A DNA stretch of 55,595 bases. Source: a virus (taxonomy: Duplodnaviria; Caudoviricetes). Made by a program: the position numbers and the translations under genes. The DNA is taken from positions 1-55,595 of IMG/VR virus record IMGVR_UViG_3300004807_000027, one strand, 5' to 3'. The notes below the pieces were generated by a model. It ran no database searches. It was not told the DNA's origin and was given only the letters and a program-made list of their open reading frames with translations. Of this stretch, positions 36,993 to 45,427 are shown piece after piece (the first letter of the stretch is position 1; each line of letters begins with the position of its first letter).

Positions 36993-37022
36993 AAAAAAGC
37001 TAAGGTTTCCCTTAGCTTTTTT
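36993..37022 (-). terminator. bidirectional-type intrinsic terminator after uvsX
   Basis: aaaaaagctaagg-GAAA-ccttagctttttt. Confidence 0.85.
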
Positions 37023-37025
37023 TAA

Positions 37026-38174
37026 TTATTCTGTAGTTTCTTCTATTTTAGGCTCATCAATTGTAGGAGCATCTAATGCTCCTCCATAGCGAACCTTTTC
37101 TTTGAGAGTTTCTTCTAACTTTGGAATTACTTTTTCATCCCAAAACTTAGTATCATTCTCCCAAGTTTTAGCATAACCGATTTTCTCTCCGTTAAACTGA
37201 AAGGTTGAACCCGTCTGTTGAATAACACCAAATGCTACAGCCATGTCTTTTAAGCCTGCATAACGACTCAATCCAGTACGGAAGTTGTTATACAATTCAG
37301 CTTTTAAAAACGGTGGTGCAAAACGATTTTTCACTGTCATTGCTGATAGTGTAACGCCGCTTACATTGTGAGCTACTGCAATTGATTCTTCTTCTTCGTT
37401 TTTATCAATTTTTTCGTTTCTAGTCGCAAGCTGAACCAACAAAGAAGCAAGATAAACAGGGCCAGAGCCACCGGACTGTTTTTTAACCAATTCAGGGTAG
37501 AGTGAAGTTGGGTTATCATAAATGTGATTAGTGAAAAGAATAGGTACCCGAGCTTTAGCTGCTTTAAACGTTAAAGCTCGCATCATAGACTTCATTGCTT
37601 TAGCCTTTGTACCCATATCTGCTGCATCCTTACCTTCTGTAACGTCGCGAAGCTCTTTAGCGCTTGCTAAGTTACCAAGACTATCAATAGCTATAATAAC
37701 CTTTAAGTTTGGATCATTAGCTGCAATAATCTTGTCTAAAAATGTAGCGATTTGGTTACGGCAATCCTCTACTGTTTCTACTGGATAGTATTTTAAGCGT
37801 TTAGGGTCAATACCTACACCTTCAGCTGATTGTTTGTCTACAGCTGCTTCAGTATCCCATACCGCAGCAAAATAACCCTTTTTCTGGGCATTAGCAATAA
37901 TCTTATTAACAATAAGAGTCTTGCCTGCTCCCGAAGGACCAGAAAAACCAGTTATTCTACCGACAGGTATACCTTTATAAAGAGAACCGGAAAATATTGC
38001 ATTTAAAGCATAAGAACCGGTATCAATCCAGTCTCCTACAATAGAAAGAGAGTTATCTTCTGATAGCATAGACGCATCTGCATTCAGTGCGTCTACTGCT
38101 TCAAAAATATCTTTTAAAGAAGAAGTCTTGGTTTCTGAAACCTTAGACTCTGCTGTTGATTGTTTACGGGACAT
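37026..38174 (-). CDS. uvsX: RecA-like recombinase UvsX
   Basis: IDTGSYALN, GPSGAGKT, DTE, IDSLG, NH.Y, SGG.G, KNRF. Confidence 0.93.
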   Translation of the reverse strand: MSRKQSTAESKVSETKTSSLKDIFEAVDALNADASMLSEDNSLSIVGDWIDTGSYALNAIFSGSLYKGIPVGRITGFSGPSGAGKTLIVNKIIANAQKKGYFAAVWDTEAAVDKQSAEGVGIDPKRLKYYPVETVEDCRNQIATFLDKIIAANDPNLKVIIAIDSLGNLASAKELRDVTEGKDAADMGTKAKAMKSMMRALTFKAAKARVPILFTNHIYDNPTSLYPELVKKQSGGSGPVYLASLLVQLATRNEKIDKNEEEESIAVAHNVSGVTLSAMTVKNRFAPPFLKAELYNNFRTGLSRYAGLKDMAVAFGVIQQTGSTFQFNGEKIGYAKTWENDTKFWDEKVIPKLEETLKEKVRYGGALDAPTIDEPKIEETTE

Positions 38175-38177
38175 ATA

Positions 38178-38525
38178 TTAGTTACCGTCTGCGTCAAAAA
38201 GCTTAATGGTAGGAGCTGGTTGAGCGTTAGATGGTTTAAACATTTCTGTGTATTGACCAATAAGATTTGGCTCAAGCTCTAAATTAGAAGCAAGAGTAAT
38301 CTGTGTTTTACTAAGTGTCCAAGTTGGAAATGCATCCCTGTCTTTAAAAAACTCTCTAAACATTAAAGGATATAATTGTACTTGTAGTTTCTTTTCTTGT
38401 GTAGGAGCTACGTTAAGAATAGCTGGCTTAGTAATAGTAACACTACTATCATCTTGGCTTACAAATGTAGCAACAATAGTACGTTGAATACTGTCTAGGT
38501 AAACGATAATTTGATCTGGGTTCAT
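38178..38525 (-). CDS. hypothetical protein
   Basis: ORF preceded by TTGATT-N16-TAATAT. Confidence 0.65.
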   Translation of the reverse strand: MNPDQIIVYLDSIQRTIVATFVSQDDSSVTITKPAILNVAPTQEKKLQVQLYPLMFREFFKDRDAFPTWTLSKTQITLASNLELEPNLIGQYTEMFKPSNAQPAPTIKLFDADGN

Positions 38526-38531
38526 ATAGTT

Positions 38532-38559
38532 ATATTAATATAGTTTTTAATTTAATCAA
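38532..38559 (-). promoter_or_regulatory. sigma70-like promoter TTGATT-N16-TAATAT
   Basis: -10 lies 6 nt before ATG 38525. Confidence 0.6.
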
Positions 38560-38561
38560 GG

Positions 38562-39482
38562 TTATTGACGAGGAAACTTAAAGTAAGGTGCTTTTGCGTT
38601 AATAAGATACCTGTTAAGTAGTTTTTTATGGGATGCCCGTGTAGGAACAATATCCCATCCACCACGTCTTGCATAGTAGCAAGTTACCATAAGTTCTTCT
38701 GGTTGTAATAAGTCCCAAAGGCGTTTATAAGCAGCTTCACAAATTTCTTCATGGAAGTGACATTCATTACGGAATGAAACGATCCACTCTAATAAAGATT
38801 GCTCTGTAACTGCTTTATTACCTTTATAATAAATAAAAATATCCCCCGAATCTGGTTGCTTTGTAATCTTACAGTTAGAACGTAATAGAGTACTCATATA
38901 AAAGTGTTGCTCTGTTGATTCAGTTTCGTTAGCTACTAACAGATCAGCATTCTCGTTAAATACGGTAAACTTAATTTTCTCTGCACTTTTAATTTGTTCT
39001 AATGGACGCCAAATATTAGCACTATGATCTGAAAACCAGACTTTTCTATCTGTTTCAGTTTCAGGATCTGTAATTTGAGAATACAATTCTACTTTAACGT
39101 CAGTCTCTAATAATAAAGATAAGTCTTTAGAAGCTGTTTGCTTAATATTTTTAAGTACTTCTTTGGTATTCTTACCCATCTTCTGCATATTAAATGAGTT
39201 CCAGTATAGTTTCATTGACTTAGATTCTACAATGAAATCATTTTCAGCAGAATAAACTACTTTAGCCACGCAAGTAACAGGTAGACCACTATCTGTTAAT
39301 GCACTACATTCATAACCATTCCAAATGTCGTAACCTACAAAGGGTAAGAAACCATTCTTAAGATCAAGGTAAGTACGGTTACGTTGGCGCTCTTCTCGCA
39401 CCAAAATCTCTGGTGTATACGTGGTAGGAGAATCTACTCTCTGTCCAAGTACTTTGTCAATGTTATTAGTATTATAGCTCAT
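38562..39482 (-). CDS. queF: NADPH-dependent 7-cyano-7-deazaguanine (preQ0) reductase, long bimodular type
   Basis: G.DIWN.YE, VESKSMKLY.NS, LRSNC.IT.QPD, FHEE.CE, YARRGG.DI.P.R. Confidence 0.95.
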   Translation of the reverse strand: MSYNTNNIDKVLGQRVDSPTTYTPEILVREERQRNRTYLDLKNGFLPFVGYDIWNGYECSALTDSGLPVTCVAKVVYSAENDFIVESKSMKLYWNSFNMQKMGKNTKEVLKNIKQTASKDLSLLLETDVKVELYSQITDPETETDRKVWFSDHSANIWRPLEQIKSAEKIKFTVFNENADLLVANETESTEQHFYMSTLLRSNCKITKQPDSGDIFIYYKGNKAVTEQSLLEWIVSFRNECHFHEEICEAAYKRLWDLLQPEELMVTCYYARRGGWDIVPTRASHKKLLNRYLINAKAPYFKFPRQ

Positions 39483-40047
39483 TAGTAAAATCTTTTGTTA
39501 TTGTATTAGTTATAATTTTAGTTCTTTCTTCAACTGTTCCCATAACGTAAACGAGTTTATTAGCAGGCATTGAATGATGCTTTAAATAAAAGTCAAACTG
39601 CTTTACAACCCCATCAAAAAACTCTTTACCTGTGCTTCTTTCACCGTCATCTTTAATATCAAGTTCAGGTACAACGTAAAATATTCTATCATAAACCTTT
39701 AGTAATTCTTCGTATACAGATAAAGCAGCTTGATATACTTCTTTATTAACTTGTCCTTTTTCATAAAAATAAGTCGTATATGCAATACCATCTAAAGCAC
39801 CTCTATCTAAAACCCAGTTACCTGGAGTCAATCCATACTCTAAATGTCTAGCCATTACCAAGTATTGAGTTAGAGAAGTACCACCCTCATTAATAGGTAC
39901 ATTCAAGTCTTTTAACCCTCTAGTTAAATTAGTTCTAAAAGAGAAATGATTGTCGTTTAAAAACAAATCTCCCTTTAGAGTTTTTACTAAAGTAGTTTTA
40001 CCTTGTGAATGAGCGCCACAAATTGTAGCTTTATAGTTTGTTCTCAT
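39472..40047 (-). CDS. P-loop nucleotide kinase-like protein (AAA_28 / dNMP-kinase type)
   Basis: GAHSQGKTT, LDRGALD..AY, DDGER. Confidence 0.75.
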   Translation of the reverse strand: MRTNYKATICGAHSQGKTTLVKTLKGDLFLNDNHFSFRTNLTRGLKDLNVPINEGGTSLTQYLVMARHLEYGLTPGNWVLDRGALDGIAYTTYFYEKGQVNKEVYQAALSVYEELLKVYDRIFYVVPELDIKDDGERSTGKEFFDGVVKQFDFYLKHHSMPANKLVYVMGTVEERTKIITNTITKDFTNEL

Positions 40048-40628
40048 AGTTTATTATTTAATAGGCTTTTGCCCATAAAGCCAACCCAATTATCAATTGA
40101 CAGTTTATGTAAATGCTCAATATATAAATCCACGCTTTTAAAATCCGTATAAAGATCTCCAGTACTAAAACGCATTTCAGATACAACTCTACCTGCATCT
40201 ACTTCAGGTATAACTTCATGAATAACATGACCATGTGTGTTATACTTTTTAATGGGATATGTTTGCCATACTTTAGCTTGTGGGTCTTTACCTTTTAATT
40301 CTGGAAATTTAGTTATAAGTCCTGGATGACCGTTATATATCTTAAACTTACCGCAAATTTCCTGTGGTACAATACGAAGAAAACCGTGTAGTGTAATAAC
40401 ATCTGCATGTCTTATAGCTTCTCTATACTCTTCTACAGTCGGCTTATTTGGTAAAAAAATAAACCGATCAAAACATCTCTCAAGAAGGTTAGGGTTAATT
40501 TTATCTAAATCATTAAAACTTTTATTAGTAATAATTGCATCCGGAAAACGACCTATCTTTGTAGATATTTCGTAAATTTCAGATCCACTCTGAGAGAAAA
40601 AGGTTTTCCAGATTAAAGTGCGTTTCAT
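40044..40628 (-). CDS. PurN-like formyltransferase (DpdN-like)
   Basis: FSQSGSE, LHGFLRIV, NGHPG, HEV..EVDAG. Confidence 0.85.
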   Translation of the reverse strand: MKRTLIWKTFFSQSGSEIYEISTKIGRFPDAIITNKSFNDLDKINPNLLERCFDRFIFLPNKPTVEEYREAIRHADVITLHGFLRIVPQEICGKFKIYNGHPGLITKFPELKGKDPQAKVWQTYPIKKYNTHGHVIHEVIPEVDAGRVVSEMRFSTGDLYTDFKSVDLYIEHLHKLSIDNWVGFMGKSLLNNKL

Positions 40629-40855
40629 AGGTTAAGACGGAACCCTATTGTATTATCACTAAAGAAAATAACAAGTGTAAAATCAACAATACCGTGTTTT
40701 ATTAGGTAAGGTTTGACATCAGATAGCTCTCTTACCGGCAACTCTTGATTCTTAATACAATCCCAAAAATAATAATCCCTAATAGTAATATTATCTGCCA
40801 GGAGATGGGGATAGTTAGCATAAACGGAGTTGGTTATAGCTTCTAATGTAGTCAT
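40625..40855 (-). CDS. small hypothetical protein
   Basis: ATGA overlaps on both sides. Confidence 0.65.
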   Translation of the reverse strand: MTTLEAITNSVYANYPHLLADNITIRDYYFWDCIKNQELPVRELSDVKPYLIKHGIVDFTLVIFFSDNTIGFRLNL

Positions 40856-41658
40856 CCATTAACGTAGTTTCTAAACTGTATCAGATTACTTGCAATAATT
40901 CTCTCCTGTATTTCATCTGGTACTACATCTAAAAGATCTACAAGTTTAGTGGATTCTTTCTTCCAATTACCTATTACATCAGAATATCTTACTCTCTTAA
41001 TACCGTGTACAATAGGAGAAGAAGTATCTAGGGTTTCTATCCAATAGTATTGCGGGCTTTGATAAAAGCTAAACTCTCTCGGATGAGCACAACCTAATAA
41101 ATGATGGGGTTTATCTTTATTAATAATACCGTCGTTCATTAACTGTGTTAAAGTCATTACTCTACCCATCATATAAGATACCCACTTGTTAGGGTGAGGG
41201 AATGCTTTAAGATAATAAGAATAGTCAAATGAAATAGCTAATTTGTCTACACCTATTTCTTGATCTAAAGCTACATAACACTTAACTAGTTCCCCATATG
41301 TCTTGCCTTGTACAACTCCAATAGTCTTAGAACTACTAACAAAGTCCCAATCTTTCCATAAGCACTTCTTAGCTGAATCAATAGTACCTTGACAGTCTTC
41401 TAATACATCTGGTATAATGTATTCTGTAGGATTAAGCTTTTGTATCCAGTGAGCATAACGTTTAGGGTCAAAAGATGTACCTAGTTCAAAGATAGAGTTA
41501 TCTAATAAAACGTGTCTACCACCTTTAACACTATCCTCAAAAAACTTGTAATATTGCGGGTGAGTTTCAAAGAGGTGCACGAGTGCATAGCAGTAATCGT
41601 TGTATGTACGAGATATCTCTAACATACTTAAAGGAGATTCGTGTGATATCTTAATCAT
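40852..41658 (-). CDS. TGT-fold guanine transglycosylase-like protein (DpdA3-like)
   Basis: LLDNSIFE, IPDV, GVVQG, HHLLG, LDTSSP motifs of the TGT barrel; context with queF and a formyltransferase. Confidence 0.75.
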   Translation of the reverse strand: MIKISHESPLSMLEISRTYNDYCYALVHLFETHPQYYKFFEDSVKGGRHVLLDNSIFELGTSFDPKRYAHWIQKLNPTEYIIPDVLEDCQGTIDSAKKCLWKDWDFVSSSKTIGVVQGKTYGELVKCYVALDQEIGVDKLAISFDYSYYLKAFPHPNKWVSYMMGRVMTLTQLMNDGIINKDKPHHLLGCAHPREFSFYQSPQYYWIETLDTSSPIVHGIKRVRYSDVIGNWKKESTKLVDLLDVVPDEIQERIIASNLIQFRNYVNG

Positions 41659-44222
41659 GTGAATAAATCAAATAAGTCGGTTTGTGCTTGATTGTTAAGT
41701 TGAGGTAAATGCCAGTTAAGTGCATTATATACAGCTTTTACTGGTGTGACGATGATTGTATTGAACATTTCTTCATAATCAACATGAAAATCGTTTAATT
41801 CTGGTGGAAAGCTTACTGGAAAGCAAAGAGTGTCAATATTGTACTTGTTAGGGGCAATATATATCTTTTTTACCTTACCACCAGACGTAATACGTTCATA
41901 TTTTGTATCCAAATTACGGTGTTTGAGTAATTGATTGTACCAAATAGCGCCTTTTACGTGGTTAGGAGTTCCTTTTGCAATTTTAAACCCTTCCGCTCTT
42001 ACTTCGTGTTTTTCTATATCACTCAACCCACCTCTAATAGCTACATCGTCAATAGAAAGACTTTTAAAGTTTTCGTATACTTCTCTATAAAGAGCATTTG
42101 CTTTGTTTTGATCCTGTATTAGTAGACTGTTCTCAATAACCTTTTTAATTAACTCTTTAGCTTTTTTAGGTGTGGTAGAACGAGCAATTTCAACGCCAAC
42201 ATACTTGAATTTGTTTACATTAGCACCTTCATCATTTAAAACGTGTATAATGTACCGTTTCTTTTCTAGGTATACTCCTACATCACAAATAGATTCTCTC
42301 TTAAAATAGTAACGAGGGTCTGTAGAGTTAAGAGCATCTTTAGCCCACTGTTCAATGTTTTTATTAAGGTATACCCCTAATTCGTCGTCAATAAACTTTA
42401 ACCCCTCTTTATTAACTTTATTGTTAGTTAATATGTCTAGCTTCATTATATCTAATAACGGTTGAATAGTGACGTGAGTACTATCCGTATCGTTATAGAT
42501 TGTTAATGACTTACCAGTATAGCCTAGTTTTTCTTTAGCGTATTGATCAATAATATCAGATGCTTGCTTAACCACCGACTGACCAGTAAGAGTGATGCTA
42601 CCAGCATGATCACTATCACAAATAGGGCTAAACTTATTAGCAAAAACACCGTAGATAGAGTTGAGAAGAATTTTGATGACATGCTGTATGGTGTCAGCTC
42701 GTTCCATATTAAACTTACACGTTTTGTATTCATCTGTATCAGGGGTTAGGTCGCTTAATTTTTTCTTTAAACTAACATATTGGTTTTTGTTTACAATTCG
42801 CTCTTTGTATAAACTATCAATTAAAGAAGGCACTACACCTCTTTTCTTTTGAGTGTAAAGTACATTTGCTTTGGATATAGCGAGCTTCTCTACTTGTACA
42901 AATTGTACAAATTGCTCGTTAGACATTTTAAAGTCTTTTTTATTTGAAGCTAGACGTACTGTAACCCCATTATCATCTTTATTAACTATCTTACCGACCT
43001 TTGTCTCCGGGGATATATTCAGGGTAATGATAGTGCTAGGGTATAGTGAGTTAGCGTCATAACTTACAATTGACTTCTGCAAACCTCTTTCAGGGTCTTT
43101 AACAAATCCACCTGGTACTTCTTCTCTAATTGGTCCTTCAACGAAAGTAGGTATAATCATACCGTGTTTATATGCTTCTAAAGCAACACACCCGGTAACA
43201 ATAGATACTTTACCTAAAGCAGCTTCAAACGACGTTAAACCTTTATAAGCTAACATACGAATGATTTTAAAGAACTGTAATTTCTTTTCCATTCGTACTA
43301 ACAGATCAACGTCTTGTATGTTATAATCAACAAAGTTATTCCAATCGTTAGTAGAAAGAGAGGCTAGGTTGGTAGCATTGATAGCTAGTTTACCTTCTCC
43401 CAGTTCATGTTGTGCTACAAAGTTAAGAGCATAAGACTCTAACAAACCACGCGCAAAACCTCTATATACTTCAAGGTAATCCATTGCTGATACACCATGT
43501 ATGTACCAGCGATCTAATTCTTGACCCTTAACGAAGATACCTTTACGGCACCATAAACTCTTTACAGGAGACAAACGCTTTGATTGCTCTTCACCAAGAA
43601 TATTGTTAATACGATTAATAAGGTAAGGAAAATCGAAAAAGTCCGTGTTCCAACCAGATAATATGTCAGGAAAGTAATCGTTTTCCCAGAACTCTAAAAA
43701 CTTCTCTAACAAATCATACTCGCTAGTGCATTCAGTGTAAACAACGTTCGTACGAGAAGGAGTATAAGGCTTACAACCCCAAGTGTAAAAAGTCTCCGAA
43801 AGATTATCATAAATGGTAATAAGGTTGATAGGGTGTTTTGCATCTTTAGCTTCAGGAAACTCATCTGGTGAATATACTTCGATATCTAAAAAGCATACCT
43901 TTAATGGGTTTATAGAGAATTCAGGCTTCTCATAATCGTTCTTATATGTATCAATAAGAAACTGCTGCTCTACTTGTATGTTATGATAAAGTCTTTTTAT
44001 TGCTCCATCTTGAGCGGCTTTATTGCGTTCAAAGTTACTTTCAAAGACTTTCTTCTTTAACTTTGTATTAAAGATAGAAAGTCCGTCAACAGTATCTGAA
44101 TTAGTTTCTATGTAGAAATAAGGAAGGTGTCGTTGTTTCTTAACAATACGATTACCTTGCTCATCCCACGTAAAAAGATAGCAGTTACTTTCTCTTTGAT
44201 TATAATAAACGTTTCTATACAC
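41655..44222 (-). CDS. gp43: family B DNA polymerase gp43-like
   Basis: DIE, GWN..FFD, YNIQD exonuclease motifs; DANSLYPS, KILLNSIYG, YNDTDS, KKRY. Confidence 0.97.
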   Translation of the reverse strand: MYRNVYYNQRESNCYLFTWDEQGNRIVKKQRHLPYFYIETNSDTVDGLSIFNTKLKKKVFESNFERNKAAQDGAIKRLYHNIQVEQQFLIDTYKNDYEKPEFSINPLKVCFLDIEVYSPDEFPEAKDAKHPINLITIYDNLSETFYTWGCKPYTPSRTNVVYTECTSEYDLLEKFLEFWENDYFPDILSGWNTDFFDFPYLINRINNILGEEQSKRLSPVKSLWCRKGIFVKGQELDRWYIHGVSAMDYLEVYRGFARGLLESYALNFVAQHELGEGKLAINATNLASLSTNDWNNFVDYNIQDVDLLVRMEKKLQFFKIIRMLAYKGLTSFEAALGKVSIVTGCVALEAYKHGMIIPTFVEGPIREEVPGGFVKDPERGLQKSIVSYDANSLYPSTIITLNISPETKVGKIVNKDDNGVTVRLASNKKDFKMSNEQFVQFVQVEKLAISKANVLYTQKKRGVVPSLIDSLYKERIVNKNQYVSLKKKLSDLTPDTDEYKTCKFNMERADTIQHVIKILLNSIYGVFANKFSPICDSDHAGSITLTGQSVVKQASDIIDQYAKEKLGYTGKSLTIYNDTDSTHVTIQPLLDIMKLDILTNNKVNKEGLKFIDDELGVYLNKNIEQWAKDALNSTDPRYYFKRESICDVGVYLEKKRYIIHVLNDEGANVNKFKYVGVEIARSTTPKKAKELIKKVIENSLLIQDQNKANALYREVYENFKSLSIDDVAIRGGLSDIEKHEVRAEGFKIAKGTPNHVKGAIWYNQLLKHRNLDTKYERITSGGKVKKIYIAPNKYNIDTLCFPVSFPPELNDFHVDYEEMFNTIIVTPVKAVYNALNWHLPQLNNQAQTDLFDLFT

Positions 44223-44230
44223 AGCCCATT

Positions 44231-44258
44231 ATTATGGGACCATTTACGAACTTATCAA
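44231..44258 (-). promoter_or_regulatory. sigma70-like promoter TTGATA-N16-CATAAT overlapping a small hairpin
   Basis: Same 16-nt spacer; GTG start 8 nt downstream. Confidence 0.5.
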
Positions 44259-45427
44259 GAGAAATATAGACTACAATACTCATTAATATGGTCTTCTAAC
44301 CAATACTTGCATGCGTTTTTACGGGCAAGATCTGATTCAGTAAGATAGCGCTTACGATCAGACATAACTTTCTTAATAATTTCAATCATTTCTTCACCGG
44401 TATTAAACTTTAACGGTGCATCCTTATAAGGTTCTAAGTTTTGACATACACAAGGTAAGCCTAAAGCCCCGGCTTCAATATGTTTAATATTAGCTTTAGC
44501 AAGATTAAATTTATTATTTTGCAAAGGTGCAATAACAATATTGACGTTTAAAGCATTAAATGTAGAAGGGTAATCCCATATGCGAGTCCAACCTACATAT
44601 TCGATTTCTCCACTTCTGACGTGTTCAGCAAGTTCAGCAGGACATCCGCCCATTAGCACCCATTTAAACTGTTTAAGAGTCTTTTTAATAACATTAACAA
44701 TATCACCAAAGTCGTCTTTTACATCTTTCAAGCCAGCTATATTAAAATGCGTAGGGCTTCCAATATAACCTACTCGTGGTCGACGTTTGTTATCTTCGTA
44801 ATTATCCGAAATCTTACTCTTTACATAGAAACGGTCCATCCAGAACTTAGGCATGTAATTAGGCAATGTAATGCCCCTTACTCCAGACCTTTCTTCGTAG
44901 TATTTTGACATATAATCTGTAGGGGCAGTAATACCATCACAAAGCTGCATAATTTGTATTGCGGTTTTAGCAATGTTAGGATCTGTAAAGGCTTCACGTG
45001 CTTTGTTATAAACTGGAATGTCTTCAGCAAATATAACGTCATCAATTTCGTAATATATCTTAAAGTTATTAGTCTTATTAGATATATTTCTTAAAAACTG
45101 TACAAACTGTAACTGAGTAGGTGTAACTTGTCTTTGTATTCTTACACTTCTTACATCTTGATAGAAGTTTTCCTGCAAAATCATGAAGTTATTGTTATTA
45201 ATAATACCTAATTGATTACCATTAATAATAGCTTCAGGCCAGTGCATTCTCCAGAATCCGCAGCCTTGATGATCTGCAGCATAACTTACTGCACGTTTCA
45301 TATCTTGAGGTATACCTGTAGGCATGCTTACAGGTGTTGGTTGGCTGTTTGCTAACGGGCTACCTATTGTAGGTGCACCGAAAGGTAATTGAGGGGCTCC
45401 GAAGACTCCACCGTTATTAGACATCAT
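44255..45427 (-). CDS. GT-B glycosyltransferase-like protein
   Basis: GCGFWR..WP, QR, YEIDD, G.IGSPTH, IAPL..N.FN.AKANIKHIE. Confidence 0.75.
   Translation of the reverse strand: MMSNNGGVFGAPQLPFGAPTIGSPLANSQPTPVSMPTGIPQDMKRAVSYAADHQGCGFWRMHWPEAIINGNQLGIINNNNFMILQENFYQDVRSVRIQRQVTPTQLQFVQFLRNISNKTNNFKIYYEIDDVIFAEDIPVYNKAREAFTDPNIAKTAIQIMQLCDGITAPTDYMSKYYEERSGVRGITLPNYMPKFWMDRFYVKSKISDNYEDNKRRPRVGYIGSPTHFNIAGLKDVKDDFGDIVNVIKKTLKQFKWVLMGGCPAELAEHVRSGEIEYVGWTRIWDYPSTFNALNVNIVIAPLQNNKFNLAKANIKHIEAGALGLPCVCQNLEPYKDAPLKFNTGEEMIEIIKKVMSDRKRYLTESDLARKNACKYWLEDHINEYCSLYFS

Noticed and set aside
40044-40628. Formyltransferase as purine-biosynthesis PurN (auxiliary metabolic gene)
   Set aside because: No other pur genes are in the window, and it is coupled to TGT-like and queF genes, so base formylation fits better.
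38562-41658. Cluster as tRNA queuosine synthesis
   Set aside because: The TGT-like protein is short and lacks the Zn-binding CxCxxC of tRNA TGT. No queA/queG is seen, and the tRNAs here (Glu, Pro) are not Q substrates. Not fully excluded.
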